Of a stretch of DNA of 34,656 bases, positions 9,399 through 19,860 are shown piece after piece. Where the stretch lies: NCBI GenBank assembly GCA_040225955.1, contig JBECUL010000021.1:1-34656 (forward strand), read 5' to 3'. The first letter of the stretch is position 1; each line of letters starts with the position of its first letter. This DNA comes from Candidatus Asgardarchaeum abyssi. GTDB taxonomy: Archaea > Asgardarchaeota > Asgardarchaeia > Asgardarchaeales > Asgardarchaeaceae. A program made the translations under genes and the position numbers. The notes beneath the pieces were generated by a model. The model saw only the letters and a program-made list of their open reading frames with translations. It ran no database searches and was not told where the DNA came from.

Positions 9399-9984
9399 AC
9401 AAATATATTTGCAAATGAAAGAATACGCATCAAGAATGGCAAGAAGACAGTATATTACAGCACATGGGGGTAATATAAGCGTACGAATAGGAAATACTAT
9501 GTGGATCACCAGACATGCATCGTCCCTTGAAGATTTAAGACCTGAAGATGTAATAAAATTAAGAGTTGATAAACCTACAGGAAATGAAGTGGTAGCCTCC
9601 ACCGAAACAATTGTACATCGAATGATCTACCAGAAAACAGAAAACACAGCGATCCTTCATGCGCATCCACCATATGCTGTTGCTATGTCCTTCTTTTTAG
9701 AAGAATTAGTACCTCCTGATGCCGAAGGTTATTACGTTTTAAAAAGAGTACCTATTATTGAAGGTCGGGCTGGATCGAAAACTTTAGCAGAAAGAGTTTC
9801 CGATGCCTTATCTAAGAATTTAGCGGTTATAGTTAGAGCTCATGGTGTCTTTACAGCGTCAAAGTATATGGATGTTGCATATCAATTAATGTGCATGGTT
9901 GAGCATTCAGCACATATACTTTATTTGATATCAATAAAGAAAAGTCTAACACCAGAGAAATATATCATTCCAAAGGAATTTTAG
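9382..9984 (+). CDS. Class II aldolase/adducin family (fuculose-1-phosphate aldolase-like)
   Basis: GGNIS, STE (catalytic Glu), HAH and HG metal ligands; TTG start overlaps the end of aor. Confidence 0.9.
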   Translation: MDELDRQIYLQMKEYASRMARRQYITAHGGNISVRIGNTMWITRHASSLEDLRPEDVIKLRVDKPTGNEVVASTETIVHRMIYQKTENTAILHAHPPYAVAMSFFLEELVPPDAEGYYVLKRVPIIEGRAGSKTLAERVSDALSKNLAVIVRAHGVFTASKYMDVAYQLMCMVEHSAHILYLISIKKSLTPEKYIIPKEF

Positions 9985-10175
9985 AGTATGCATAAGGTAT
10001 TATTTAAAGGCAATAATAATATTACATTTTTCTTGTCTAAATAAATTCTAGAACTACTACGTATTAGTATTACTTTTTTTCTTAATAAGTATTACCAAGT
10101 ATTTTTCATTTTAATATTTTTAAGAAAAGTCTTCATTTGTTTTTGTTTTTTATCTCATTTTCTCGTATACCAAGG

Positions 10176-10223
10176 CGAAAACTTTTTTAGGTTTTAATTA
10201 CAATAAGACATCGCACGGCGCGA
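10176..10223 (+). promoter_or_regulatory. Probable BRE/TATA promoter and palindrome for the hydrogenase operon
   Basis: GCGAAAAC-TTTTTAG at ~10176-10190; TCGC-N5-GCGA at 10211-10223; GAGGT SD before ATG 10248. Confidence 0.4.
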
Positions 10224-10247
10224 CAGTAAATCAAACGAGGTATAAAA

Positions 10248-10790
10248 ATGAGCCTAGAATTTATTGTTGAAATCACACTAATTGCGCTTCTAATTATTTT
10301 CGCGATCATGGCTGTTGAGTTAAAAAAGCTCGTGTATGCAGTGGCTTCCCTTGGCCTTATGAGTACAGTTTTAAGCATAATTTTCTATGTACTATACGCT
10401 CCTTATGTAGCGGTTATTAACTTATTAGTATATGCTGGTGCAATTATTGTACTTTTCCTAGCGGTACTAAGTCTAACAACTCCTGGTGAAGAAGAAAAAA
10501 TAGAAACAAAGCAAGAAATTGCTACAAGGATTTCTGGAGGAGTTCTCTTTATAATTATAGCCATTATTTTAGTACAAGTATTAATTACAAGCTACGTGGG
10601 ACTTCAGTTTGCTTATGGAAGGACATTAAATTTACCAGAGCTTATGTCTTTTCAAGACATCTTAAAGAGCGTAGCTCAATCTATTTGGCAAGTGAGAGTA
10701 ATGGATGTTTTGATTCAAGCAATGGCATTATTTGTGGCTGGTTTAGGAGTGGCTGCACTGTTTAGAAAGGAGAGGAGAGAGGAAAAATGA
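10248..10790 (+). CDS. nuoJ: Complex I-like membrane subunit J
   Basis: APYVAVINLLVYAGAIIVLFL motif; five TM helices. Confidence 0.85.
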   Translation: MSLEFIVEITLIALLIIFAIMAVELKKLVYAVASLGLMSTVLSIIFYVLYAPYVAVINLLVYAGAIIVLFLAVLSLTTPGEEEKIETKQEIATRISGGVLFIIIAIILVQVLITSYVGLQFAYGRTLNLPELMSFQDILKSVAQSIWQVRVMDVLIQAMALFVAGLGVAALFRKERREEK

Positions 10791-11095
10791 TAGAACTATA
10801 TTGGTATCTAGGCGCATCCGCAATACTCTACCTGATAGGATTATATTGTTTAGCCACAAAGAGAAATCTTATCAAATTAATAATAGGTATTGAGATACTA
10901 ATCAATGCTGCTCATTTAAATTTCATAGCTCTTGGTACAACAGCTACGGGTTTTGATCCTTTGACACACACCTATGTTATAATCTCTATTGGTGTTGGTG
11001 CTGGAGTCATCGCCTTAGCACTTTCACTTACGCTTCTTGTATATCGGCATTATGGAACTCTTGATGTTAGAAAGATGAGAAGATTGAAATGGTAG
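10787..11095 (+). CDS. nuoK: Complex I-like subunit K (MrpC-like)
   Basis: KRNLIKLIIGIEILIN; three TM helices; YRHYGTLDV..LK tail. Confidence 0.9.
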   Translation: MIELYWYLGASAILYLIGLYCLATKRNLIKLIIGIEILINAAHLNFIALGTTATGFDPLTHTYVIISIGVGAGVIALALSLTLLVYRHYGTLDVRKMRRLKW

Positions 11096-11109
11096 GAGGT
11101 TTGTAAGCT

Positions 11110-13206
11110 ATGCTGCCCTTAGCACCATGGTTATGTTGGGCTATTCCTATAATAGGTGCGATATTGACACCACTTCTAGCAAAAATTGGTTCCAAAGTAA
11201 GAGATTATAGTGCAGTTCTTTTTAGCATTATTAGTTTTGTATTTGCATTTTCGATGGTGCCTGATATATTTGCAGGAAAAGTTATAGATTGGCTTACTGG
11301 TAACATAATTAGCAACGTAATTCCTTATCAATCAAGAGTAACTTGGATTGCTGATTTAGGTATTGAAATGGGTGTATTGATGGATCCACTAAGTGTCTTT
11401 ATGGCGAATATCGCAAGCGGTCTTGGAGCTCTAATTATGGTATATTCACTTGGATATATGCACGGAGAACCAGATCTAACTAGATATTGGTTTTTCATGA
11501 ATTTTTTCGTTGGAGGAATGGTTCTTCTAGTTATGGCAAATAATCTTCTGCAAATGTTTATAGGTTGGGAAATTGTTGGCTTATGTTCATACGCTTTAAT
11601 AGGCTTCTGGCATAAAAAGAAGGAGCCAAGCCCGGTTCCAGATTATGAAACTGAAGGCGAATATAATGCTATGTGTGGAATGAAGGCTTTCATTACAACT
11701 CGTATAGGTGACGTAGCTCTCTTAATAGCTATATTAACAATTTACGTTTACACTTGGAAAGCAGGAAATCCAACATTTAACTTTCTTGAACTTGAAGAGC
11801 ACGTAGAATGGGCAAGATTGCTTGTTGCAAGTGGATTACTTGTACCAACGGTAATATTACTTTTTGGCGGACCAATAGGAAAAAGCGCTCAATTTCCATT
11901 ACATGTATGGTTACCAGAAGCCATGGCCGGACCAACAACAGTTTCTGCTCTCATACATGCTGCGACGATGGTAAAAGCTGGTGTTTACCTAGTAGCTCGA
12001 GTATTGCCTATCTTTGTTGAGGTATTTACAATGATTAACTTTACTAGTGCTCTATATACATTTTCAATGGTAGTTGCTTGTATAGGTGCCTTTACAGCCT
12101 TCCTTGCTGCAACAATGGGAATGGTAGCAAGAGAAGTTAAAAAGGTGTTAGCCTATTCAACAATTTCACAAATAGGATATATGATGCTTGCACTTGGAAT
12201 AGGAGGACTACTAGGCTATGTTGTTGGAGAAATTGCTGAGGGATATTATGCAGGAACGTTTCACTTAATGTCACATGCTGTTTTCAAGGCCCTTCTGTTT
12301 CTCTCAGCTGGTGCAGTTCTCCATTCTACTAGAACGAAAGATATGTTCGAGATGGGTGGACTGAAACAATACATGCCAATAACATATAAATGTATGTTAT
12401 TTGGTGCCTTATCGCTTGCAGGCATACCACCACTTAGTGGTTTCTGGTCTAAAGAAACAATATTTGATGCTGCGTGGGTACTTGCACAAGAAGCATATAG
12501 CCACGGCTATACATTTATCGGTATGACTGGATATATATTATTATTTGTAGCAGTGATAACAGCTGCAATGACACTGTTTTATAGTATTAGGATGATCGCG
12601 ATAATATTCATATGGCCCAAAAGCGAATATCTTAAAGAAATGGAGTGGAAAGGTGAACATATACATGAAGCACCCCAAATAATGTTGGTTCCATTAGTAA
12701 TTTTAACCATCGTGTCAATTGTAGGCGGGTTCTTTGCCCCGTTGTTTCAAGTATTCATGTTTCAAGGTTGGGAAGGTGTTGAAATTCATGCTTCAGTTGA
12801 AATCTTTATAAGGACCTTGTTCTCACCAACGATACTCATGACACTAGGCGCCTTCGCTCTTGGAGGAATCCCAGCATATTACTTCTATTGGAGTCGTAAA
12901 ATAGATCCTGGTGAATTTTTAGAGAAGCATAACTTCTTCAGAATGGTACATAGTTTCTTCTATAATAGATGGTATATCAATGACTTTTACATGAAGGTGC
13001 TTGTTGGGGGATTTATAAAGCTAAGCGTAGTAATCTATAAGTTCTTTGAGCAAGCAGTAGTTGATAGATTTAACTATGCAGTAGCATGGGTTGTTCGTAG
13101 ATTTACCGAGTTATTTAGAAAGACGCATACTGGAGATCTTAACTATAATATGATCGCCGTAATGCTAGGCATAATTGTGATGCTATTACTATTACTTTTT
13201 GGTTAA
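11110..13206 (+). CDS. nuoL: Antiporter-like subunit L with lateral helix
   Basis: GWEIVGLCSYALIGFW, TRIGD, GKSAQFPLHVWLPEAMAGPTTVSALIHAATMVKAG; C-terminal W-Y-I-N-D...VD...HTG extension. Confidence 0.95.
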   Translation: MLPLAPWLCWAIPIIGAILTPLLAKIGSKVRDYSAVLFSIISFVFAFSMVPDIFAGKVIDWLTGNIISNVIPYQSRVTWIADLGIEMGVLMDPLSVFMANIASGLGALIMVYSLGYMHGEPDLTRYWFFMNFFVGGMVLLVMANNLLQMFIGWEIVGLCSYALIGFWHKKKEPSPVPDYETEGEYNAMCGMKAFITTRIGDVALLIAILTIYVYTWKAGNPTFNFLELEEHVEWARLLVASGLLVPTVILLFGGPIGKSAQFPLHVWLPEAMAGPTTVSALIHAATMVKAGVYLVARVLPIFVEVFTMINFTSALYTFSMVVACIGAFTAFLAATMGMVAREVKKVLAYSTISQIGYMMLALGIGGLLGYVVGEIAEGYYAGTFHLMSHAVFKALLFLSAGAVLHSTRTKDMFEMGGLKQYMPITYKCMLFGALSLAGIPPLSGFWSKETIFDAAWVLAQEAYSHGYTFIGMTGYILLFVAVITAAMTLFYSIRMIAIIFIWPKSEYLKEMEWKGEHIHEAPQIMLVPLVILTIVSIVGGFFAPLFQVFMFQGWEGVEIHASVEIFIRTLFSPTILMTLGAFALGGIPAYYFYWSRKIDPGEFLEKHNFFRMVHSFFYNRWYINDFYMKVLVGGFIKLSVVIYKFFEQAVVDRFNYAVAWVVRRFTELFRKTHTGDLNYNMIAVMLGIIVMLLLLLFG

Positions 13207-13218
13207 GGAGGTAAAAAA

Positions 13219-14712
13219 ATGAGTAGCCCACTTTTGATCATGATAATGTTACTCATAATTGGTGCGCCAATAACTTATGTTGTAGGTAAGTGGTCAACAA
13301 AAGCTGCAGGATGGCTATCATTTATTTTCTCCCTAGTATCCCTAGTAATATTTTCAATATTTGTAGTACCTGACGTCCTTGAGGGGAAATTATATGTTGA
13401 GGAATATGCATGGGCAGGACCCTTTGGTGCAACATTTTTAACCTTCGGATTACGAGCGGATAACTTAAGTACCCCAATTGTGGGAATGGTATTACTGTTA
13501 TGTACACTTGCAGCACTATATTCAATAGAATATATGTCACATAAGCATAATCAAGAGCTTTATTTTGCCCTTTTGCTCATTTACATAGCGGGCATTGCTG
13601 GTGTTATTCTAGCAACAAACTTGGTTCAGTTTTACATATTCTGGGAATTAATGCTAATTCCATCATGGTTGCTGATTGCCCGCTGGGGGACTTCAGAAAA
13701 AGCTCAACTAATAGCATTTAAGTATTTCATGTATACTCACTTAGGTGCTATATGTATACTTCTTGCTATTGTAGCTACATGGAGTCTTACAACAACATTT
13801 GATTTATACTCTGAAGAGATGATTAAGGGTATAGCGGCAGCTTCAACTTCAACTCTTAATCTAATAGTGGCACTCTTTATGCTGGGATTTGCAGTAAAGA
13901 TGGCCTTGTTTCCGTTACATAATTGGTTACCAGATACTTACGCAGAAGCACCAGCTCCAATAAGTGTTATCCTTTCAGGAGTCATGAGTGAGTGTGGTGT
14001 ATATGCTGTTGCTAGAATTCTTCTTACATTCTTCGGAACAACATTCACAGTATACTCTATGACATTTATGGTTATAGCTGTGGTAACAATGATCTATGGA
14101 GGTATATTAGCGCTCGCGCAAACAGATCTCAAAAGGTTGTTTGCTTATTCGAGCATATCACAAATGGGCTATATGTTCCTAGGACTAGCATCGGCTACAA
14201 CATATGGAATAGCGGGGTCGATGTTTCACATAGTAAACCATGCCATTTTTAAGGGGCTCCTTTTCATGGTAGCAGGAGTTTTAGTGTATCAAATTGGTCC
14301 AGTAAAGGGTAGAGATATGAACCAACTTGGAGGATTAGCTGGGAAAATGCCTGCAACTGCAACAATAACGCTTATAGCAGGATTAGCAATGATGGGGACT
14401 CCACCTCTTAATGGATTCGTTAGTGAATTCTTAATATTCACAGGTGCTTTTTCAACAGGGCACTTCTTCATTGCAGCTTTAGCTGTAATATCTACTGTGA
14501 TTACCGCTGGTTATATACTTTGGATGGTAAGGAAAGTTTTCTTTGGCCCACCAAAGGAGGCGTTTGAAAATGTTAAGGATCCACCTCTAACTATGTTAGC
14601 ACCTATGGCATTCCTAGCATTTCTTGCAGTTCTCTTGGGATTCTATCCTGATCTCGTATTAAGAATGTTAGTTCCAGCTGCTAAAGAAATAGAAAGTTTA
14701 ATCGGTGGTTAA
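13219..14712 (+). CDS. nuoM: Antiporter-like subunit M
   Basis: FYIFWELMLIP, VKMALFPLHNWLPD, GFVSEF, AGYILW. Confidence 0.9.
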   Translation: MSSPLLIMIMLLIIGAPITYVVGKWSTKAAGWLSFIFSLVSLVIFSIFVVPDVLEGKLYVEEYAWAGPFGATFLTFGLRADNLSTPIVGMVLLLCTLAALYSIEYMSHKHNQELYFALLLIYIAGIAGVILATNLVQFYIFWELMLIPSWLLIARWGTSEKAQLIAFKYFMYTHLGAICILLAIVATWSLTTTFDLYSEEMIKGIAAASTSTLNLIVALFMLGFAVKMALFPLHNWLPDTYAEAPAPISVILSGVMSECGVYAVARILLTFFGTTFTVYSMTFMVIAVVTMIYGGILALAQTDLKRLFAYSSISQMGYMFLGLASATTYGIAGSMFHIVNHAIFKGLLFMVAGVLVYQIGPVKGRDMNQLGGLAGKMPATATITLIAGLAMMGTPPLNGFVSEFLIFTGAFSTGHFFIAALAVISTVITAGYILWMVRKVFFGPPKEAFENVKDPPLTMLAPMAFLAFLAVLLGFYPDLVLRMLVPAAKEIESLIGG

Positions 14713-14713
14713 A

Positions 14714-16213
14714 ATGATACAAGAAGTATTATTACCCTTATTAGTACCGTTTATAGGTGCAATCATAATTCCGTTACTCGGTATACTTTTCAGAAAGATA
14801 GGACTTGAAAGAGCCAGAGATCTCATTGCTACTTTAATAGCATTGGGAACTATAGCATCCGTAATTTATCTATACCCATCTATTTCTGAACAAGGTGTGA
14901 TTACATTCTATTATCTTTTTGAACCACCTACAGGTGCTTGTCTTAGAGTTGATATGTTAAGTTGGTTTATGTCTTTCGTTTTCAGCAACTTGGGTTTCCT
15001 AGTAACAATATATAGTATCACATATATGAAAAAAGATACTGGTCTTGATGAGTATTATGCACTTCTGCTGGCTTTAATCGGTGGGATGAACTTAGTGGTG
15101 TATGCAGGTGATCTATTTACACTCTTTGTTGCTTGGGAGTTAATGAGTCTCTCAAGCTACACACTTGTTTCATTCCGAAAAGAAACATGGGAACCCGTAG
15201 AGGCAGGATTTAAATATCTTGTGATGTCAGCCTTTGGGTCTGCTACAATATTATATGCTATATCACTAATCTATGGGCTTACTGGAACCCTTAATTATGA
15301 AGCTATACATCAAGCTTTGCAAGCTGCGGAAGCAAATCCATCATTTTACATAATAGTAGGTATGTTAATAGTAGGATTCGGAGTAAAAGCATCAATAGTA
15401 CCACTTCATACTTGGTTGCCAGATGCGCATCCCGCTGCACCCAGCTCAATTAGTGCCATGTTGTCTGGAGTTGTTATTAAGAATGGCGTATACTGTATTT
15501 TGCGTATCCTACTTTTAGCTTTTCCAGTTACTGTTCTGGATTATGGAACAGTAATTGCTATATTTGCAGTTTTAACTATGACCGTGGGCAATATAATGGC
15601 ATTGCTTCAAGAAGATATTAAACGATTATTGGCATATTCCAGCATAGCAAATATAGGATATATCTTTGCAGGTATATCCGTGGGAATGATGAGTGGTGTG
15701 GGTGAGGAGGCAGCTATATTAGGCATAGCTGGAGGTCTTCTTCATGTACTTAACCATTCCATAATGAAAGGGATGCTATTTCTTTGCGCAGGAGCGTTTA
15801 TTCACGAGTTAGGTACTAGAAACCTAGAGGAACTTAAAGGTATAGGGCGAAAGATGCCTGTAACTACATTTAGCTTCTTTATAGGATGTCTGGCAATTGC
15901 AGGAGTTCCTGGGTTGAGTGGCTTTACATCCAAGTTGATGATAATATGGGGTGCAGTGGTTGGTGGGCAAATAGTGCTTGCAGCGTTAACTCTCATAAAT
16001 AGTGCTTTCTCAGTAGTCTACTACCTGAGATTAATTCACATTATACTGTTTGCTAAGCCAACCAGAGAGATGGAACACGTAAAAGAGGCTCCGCTGTTGA
16101 TGCTTATACCCATAGTCATCTTAACCATACAGATATTCCTCATAGGAATTGTGTGGCCAAAAGTAGTATTTGATGTGGTTGAAACTGCAGCGAAAGCGGT
16201 GCTCAAGATGTAA
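14714..16213 (+). CDS. nuoN: Third antiporter-like subunit (NuoN/MrpD-like)
   Basis: WELMSLSSY, EAGFKY, PLHTWLPDAH, KRLLAYSSIA, GFTSK, YYLR. Confidence 0.85.
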   Translation: MIQEVLLPLLVPFIGAIIIPLLGILFRKIGLERARDLIATLIALGTIASVIYLYPSISEQGVITFYYLFEPPTGACLRVDMLSWFMSFVFSNLGFLVTIYSITYMKKDTGLDEYYALLLALIGGMNLVVYAGDLFTLFVAWELMSLSSYTLVSFRKETWEPVEAGFKYLVMSAFGSATILYAISLIYGLTGTLNYEAIHQALQAAEANPSFYIIVGMLIVGFGVKASIVPLHTWLPDAHPAAPSSISAMLSGVVIKNGVYCILRILLLAFPVTVLDYGTVIAIFAVLTMTVGNIMALLQEDIKRLLAYSSIANIGYIFAGISVGMMSGVGEEAAILGIAGGLLHVLNHSIMKGMLFLCAGAFIHELGTRNLEELKGIGRKMPVTTFSFFIGCLAIAGVPGLSGFTSKLMIIWGAVVGGQIVLAALTLINSAFSVVYYLRLIHIILFAKPTREMEHVKEAPLLMLIPIVILTIQIFLIGIVWPKVVFDVVETAAKAVLKM

Positions 16214-16380
16214 CTCTATAAAAATAAGTATTCCATGTTAAAAAAGAATCTTTTTTATATTTATATGAGTGGTTAAGAATAGGTGATGGTTGCAGATGAC
16301 GAAAGATTGTACCTACATAATAAGTATTAAGGAAATAAGCAGATTATTTGCAAGAGAGAATATTCTGGAGGTTTGGTGAT

Positions 16381-16695
16381 ATGGAAGCTTTGGCAACTTG
16401 GATTGGATTATTAATTTGTATTCTCATAGCAGTTGCATTTTATATTCTAGGAAAGAAAATAGCTCCTCCAAGCGAAGAGAATCCTGAGAAAACAGCTCCC
16501 TATGCATGTGGTGAGGATTATCCTCCTGAGGAAATTCAAGTATATATACATCACTTTTATTATATTGCATTTTTCGTAATTTTTGAAATAGCTGCTCTCA
16601 TATTGGCATTATCCATGTATTCGTTATCATTTTATGTAGTTGCGGCATATGCAATTATAGTGTTTCTGATCCTCTTAAAAATACCAAGGTGGTAA
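16381..16695 (+). CDS. nuoA: Complex I-like subunit A
   Basis: KTAPYACGE loop, FFVIFE; three TM helices; ATG 16381 after GGTGAT. Confidence 0.9.
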   Translation: MEALATWIGLLICILIAVAFYILGKKIAPPSEENPEKTAPYACGEDYPPEEIQVYIHHFYYIAFFVIFEIAALILALSMYSLSFYVVAAYAIIVFLILLKIPRW

Positions 16696-16698
16696 AAA

Positions 16699-17130
16699 AT
16701 GGCGTTGTGCAAACTTGTAAAATGGGCAAGAATGAAATCCCCCTGGATAATTCACTATAACTCTGGCGGTTGTAATGCATGTGACATAGAGGTTGTAGCA
16801 GCGTTAACACCTAGGTTTGATGTTGAACGCTTTGGTATTCTCCTTAAAGGTAGTCCCCGTCATGCTGACATATTAGTTGTTACAGGTCCAGTAACTAGGC
16901 AGACCAAAAAGAGACTAATAAGAATATATAATCAAATGCCAGATCCAAAATTTGTTATAGCTGTAGGGACTTGTACCATGAGTGGTGGCGTTTTTCGTGG
17001 AGCATATAATGTAGTTGCAAGCGTGGACGAAGTAATACCTGTTGATGTGTTTGTACCTGGGTGTCCACCAAAACCCGAAGCAATAATTCATGGTGTTGTA
17101 AAGTTATTAGAGAAATTGCAAAAATCTTAA
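16699..17130 (+). CDS. nuoB: Group 4 [NiFe]-hydrogenase small subunit (NuoB homologue)
   Basis: CNACDIE (CxxC, hydrogenase type rather than the CC of complex I), SPRHAD, GTC..SGG, PGCPPKPE. Confidence 0.95.
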   Translation: MALCKLVKWARMKSPWIIHYNSGGCNACDIEVVAALTPRFDVERFGILLKGSPRHADILVVTGPVTRQTKKRLIRIYNQMPDPKFVIAVGTCTMSGGVFRGAYNVVASVDEVIPVDVFVPGCPPKPEAIIHGVVKLLEKLQKS

Positions 17131-17144
17131 GAAGGGAAGGGAAT

Positions 17145-17615
17145 ATGAGTGAGGAAACATCCTTTGAAAACGAAGTAATTGAAAGTTTTAAGAAAGTATT
17201 AGGTGAAAAGTTTGTGGATGGTTATGTTAAAGGTAAGAGACAAGTCTTTATAAAGGTAGTAGAGGATGCCTATAAAGAGGCATTAAAATATGCTCTGGAG
17301 AAATGGAGTGCATATCATTTAACAACAATAACTGGAATTGATACTGGCGAAAAAATAGAGCTTTTATATCATCTTCTAGAACCCAAAAGCAGTTTAACCA
17401 TAACAATAGTAACAGAAATCTCTAGGTCAGACCCAAAGATAGACACTGTCTCAGATATCTTTCCATCGGCACTTGTTTATGAAAGAGAGGTTTTTGATCT
17501 TCTTGGAGTTATATTTAATGGACATCCAAACCTTACACACTTAGTGTTGCCTGATGACTGGCCTGAAGGAGTTTATCCACTCAGAAAGGATTGGAAACCT
17601 GAGCAAATGAAATGA
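17145..17615 (+). CDS. nuoC: NuoC-like 30-kDa subunit
   Basis: ITGID, YEREVFDLLGVIFNGHP, YPLRKD. Confidence 0.95.
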   Translation: MSEETSFENEVIESFKKVLGEKFVDGYVKGKRQVFIKVVEDAYKEALKYALEKWSAYHLTTITGIDTGEKIELLYHLLEPKSSLTITIVTEISRSDPKIDTVSDIFPSALVYEREVFDLLGVIFNGHPNLTHLVLPDDWPEGVYPLRKDWKPEQMK

Positions 17616-17638
17616 ATGTTATTGTGGAGGTGAAATTA

Positions 17639-18856
17639 TTGACTGAGGAAAAAAGAATGTTTAAAATACCTGTAGGCCCACAGCATTCAGCTCTTAAGGA
17701 ATTTGAAAACTTCACGTTTACTGTTGATGGTGAATTGATAATAGATGTAAACTTTAGAATAGGCTATACTCATAGAGGCATTGAAAAATTAGCAGAATCA
17801 AAGACTTATATTCAAAACCTTTATCTTTGTGAAAGAGTTTGTGGGATTTGTAGTGCAGCTCATCAAGGTTGTTATGCTCAAACAGCTGAAGCTCTTGCTG
17901 GTGTTACAGCCCCCCCTAGAGGAGTATATATCCGAACATTAATTTGGGAGCTAGAACGTATTCACAGTCACTTATTATGGCTTGGTGTTGCTGCGCATGA
18001 AATAGGATTTGACACATTCTTCATGTTAGTCTGGCGTGATCGAGAAGTTGTTATGGACATACTAGAAATGATTTCTGGAAATAGAGTTAATTATGCAATG
18101 AATACTGTAGGTGGTGTCCGTAGGGATATTTCAGATGAGCTAAAATACAAAATATTGAAGGGATTGGATATCCTTGAAGAAAGAACAAAATACTATAAAG
18201 AGGTTTGTATGAAAGAGCAAACGATTCTAGCTAGAGCTGCAAATGTGGGAATCTTAACACGTGAACAAGCTCTTAAACTTAATGCTGTAGGCCCAACAGC
18301 TCGCGCTTCTGGAGTAAATGTGGATATACGTAAGGATGTTCCTTATGGGGCTTATGATGAAGTACCTTTTAATGTGATTGTCTATGATACTTGTGATGTT
18401 CTTGCTAGGATTCTTGTAAGAGTTGATGAAACTTTAGAATCTATTAGAATGAGTAGGTGGATACTTGAGCATTTGCCACAAGGAGAGATAAGAACCAATT
18501 TTCCTCGTAGAGTTGCTGAAAATGAAGTTCTCAGTAGAGTTGAAGCACCTAGAGGAGAACTATTCTATTACATAAAGTCTAATGGTACGGATAAGCCTGA
18601 GAGACTTAAGATTCGAACTCCCACACTAGCTAATTTGCTCCCAGTTTGTGAGATGCTTAAAGGGTGTTATATCGCCGATATACCTATTGTACTTGCTGGA
18701 ATCGATCCTTGTTTCGCATGTATGGATCGCGCATTATTCATAGATGAAAACTCTGGGAAAAGGTGGGTTTGGGACACCAAACAACTGAGAAAATATTCAA
18801 TTAAATGGTATAAAGAGCATGGTGAGGAAGTGGTGAGAGAAAGATGGAAGCAATAG
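17639..18856 (+). CDS. Group 4 [NiFe]-hydrogenase large subunit (NuoD homologue)
   Basis: L1 ERVCGICS and L2 DPCFACMDR with all four Cys; GYTHRGIEK; EAPRGE; ~40-aa C-terminal extension. Probable TTG start after GGAGGTGA (ORF track starts at 17612). Confidence 0.95.
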   Translation: MTEEKRMFKIPVGPQHSALKEFENFTFTVDGELIIDVNFRIGYTHRGIEKLAESKTYIQNLYLCERVCGICSAAHQGCYAQTAEALAGVTAPPRGVYIRTLIWELERIHSHLLWLGVAAHEIGFDTFFMLVWRDREVVMDILEMISGNRVNYAMNTVGGVRRDISDELKYKILKGLDILEERTKYYKEVCMKEQTILARAANVGILTREQALKLNAVGPTARASGVNVDIRKDVPYGAYDEVPFNVIVYDTCDVLARILVRVDETLESIRMSRWILEHLPQGEIRTNFPRRVAENEVLSRVEAPRGELFYYIKSNGTDKPERLKIRTPTLANLLPVCEMLKGCYIADIPIVLAGIDPCFACMDRALFIDENSGKRWVWDTKQLRKYSIKWYKEHGEEVVRERWKQ

Positions 18857-19860
18857 AGTTACTCATCTTAATTTTAAAAATTGTAATATTTCCAGGTGCA
18901 CTTTTCTGCATTGCTTATGGTTGGTTTCTAGAGTGGTTCGATAGAAAGTTATATGCTAGATTTCAAAATCGAGTAGGGCCTTTTCTCACGGGACCAAGAG
19001 GTATACTTCAACCTTTTGCAGATTTTATAAAATTATTAGCAAAGGAAGATATTACACCAATTGAAGCCGATAAATTTGGATTTACTGCAACTCCTCTACT
19101 AACACTTATTGTTTCGCTATTTACGTTACTGTTTATTCCCATAACTTCACTATCTGGAATATTAAGTTTTCCAGGGGATCTTCTATTTGTATTATTCATT
19201 TCAACAGTATTTGGACTATTAATTATGTTTGCTGGATATTTTTCTGGCAATAGATTTTCAATTATTGGTACTGAAAGAACAGGGCTTCAGTTTATTGCCT
19301 ATGAGATACCTTTTGTTCTGTCTGTAATCTCCGTAGCTCTTATTGCACGGAGTCTTGAAATAGAAAATATAGTTAAGTACCAAATAGAAACACTAGGATT
19401 GCCTTTAATAATTGCTACACCAGTTACGTTTGTCGTTTATCTCGTTGCATTTGTTATCTATCTCATAAGTTCCCTTGCCAAATTAGAGAAAGTGCCATTT
19501 GATATACCAGAAGCAGAAACGGAAATTGTGAGTGGTTGGCAGGTAGAATATAGTGGAAAGAAATTGGCATTCTTTAGGCTTGCGACGGACCTAAAAATGG
19601 TTTTTGTTTCTGGGCTTGCTGCAACACTTTTCCTTGGGGGTCCATACGGGCCATCGATTCCTGGACTTGAGCCAGTTTTTTACACAATATGGTTTATCAT
19701 TAAAACATTAGTAGTAATGTTTATCCTAAGCAATCTAAGATCTTTATTCGCTAGGTATAAAATAGATCAGATGGTTCGAGGATTCTGGAAATATCTCATA
19801 CCGATTGCAATATTACAAATTTTAGCTGTTGAGGTTCTTATATTTTGGGGGGTGTTTTAA
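18844..19860 (+). CDS. nuoH: Complex I-like subunit H
   Basis: DRKLYARFQNRVGP, QPFADFIKLLAKE, PFDIPEAETEIVSG. Confidence 0.95.
   Translation: MEAIELLILILKIVIFPGALFCIAYGWFLEWFDRKLYARFQNRVGPFLTGPRGILQPFADFIKLLAKEDITPIEADKFGFTATPLLTLIVSLFTLLFIPITSLSGILSFPGDLLFVLFISTVFGLLIMFAGYFSGNRFSIIGTERTGLQFIAYEIPFVLSVISVALIARSLEIENIVKYQIETLGLPLIIATPVTFVVYLVAFVIYLISSLAKLEKVPFDIPEAETEIVSGWQVEYSGKKLAFFRLATDLKMVFVSGLAATLFLGGPYGPSIPGLEPVFYTIWFIIKTLVVMFILSNLRSLFARYKIDQMVRGFWKYLIPIAILQILAVEVLIFWGVF

Noticed and set aside
17639-18856. Annotation as NADH:quinone oxidoreductase or Mbs; [NiFeSe] variant
   Set aside because: All four NiFe cysteines are present, there is no NuoEFG, and no in-frame TGA occurs at the L2 motif.
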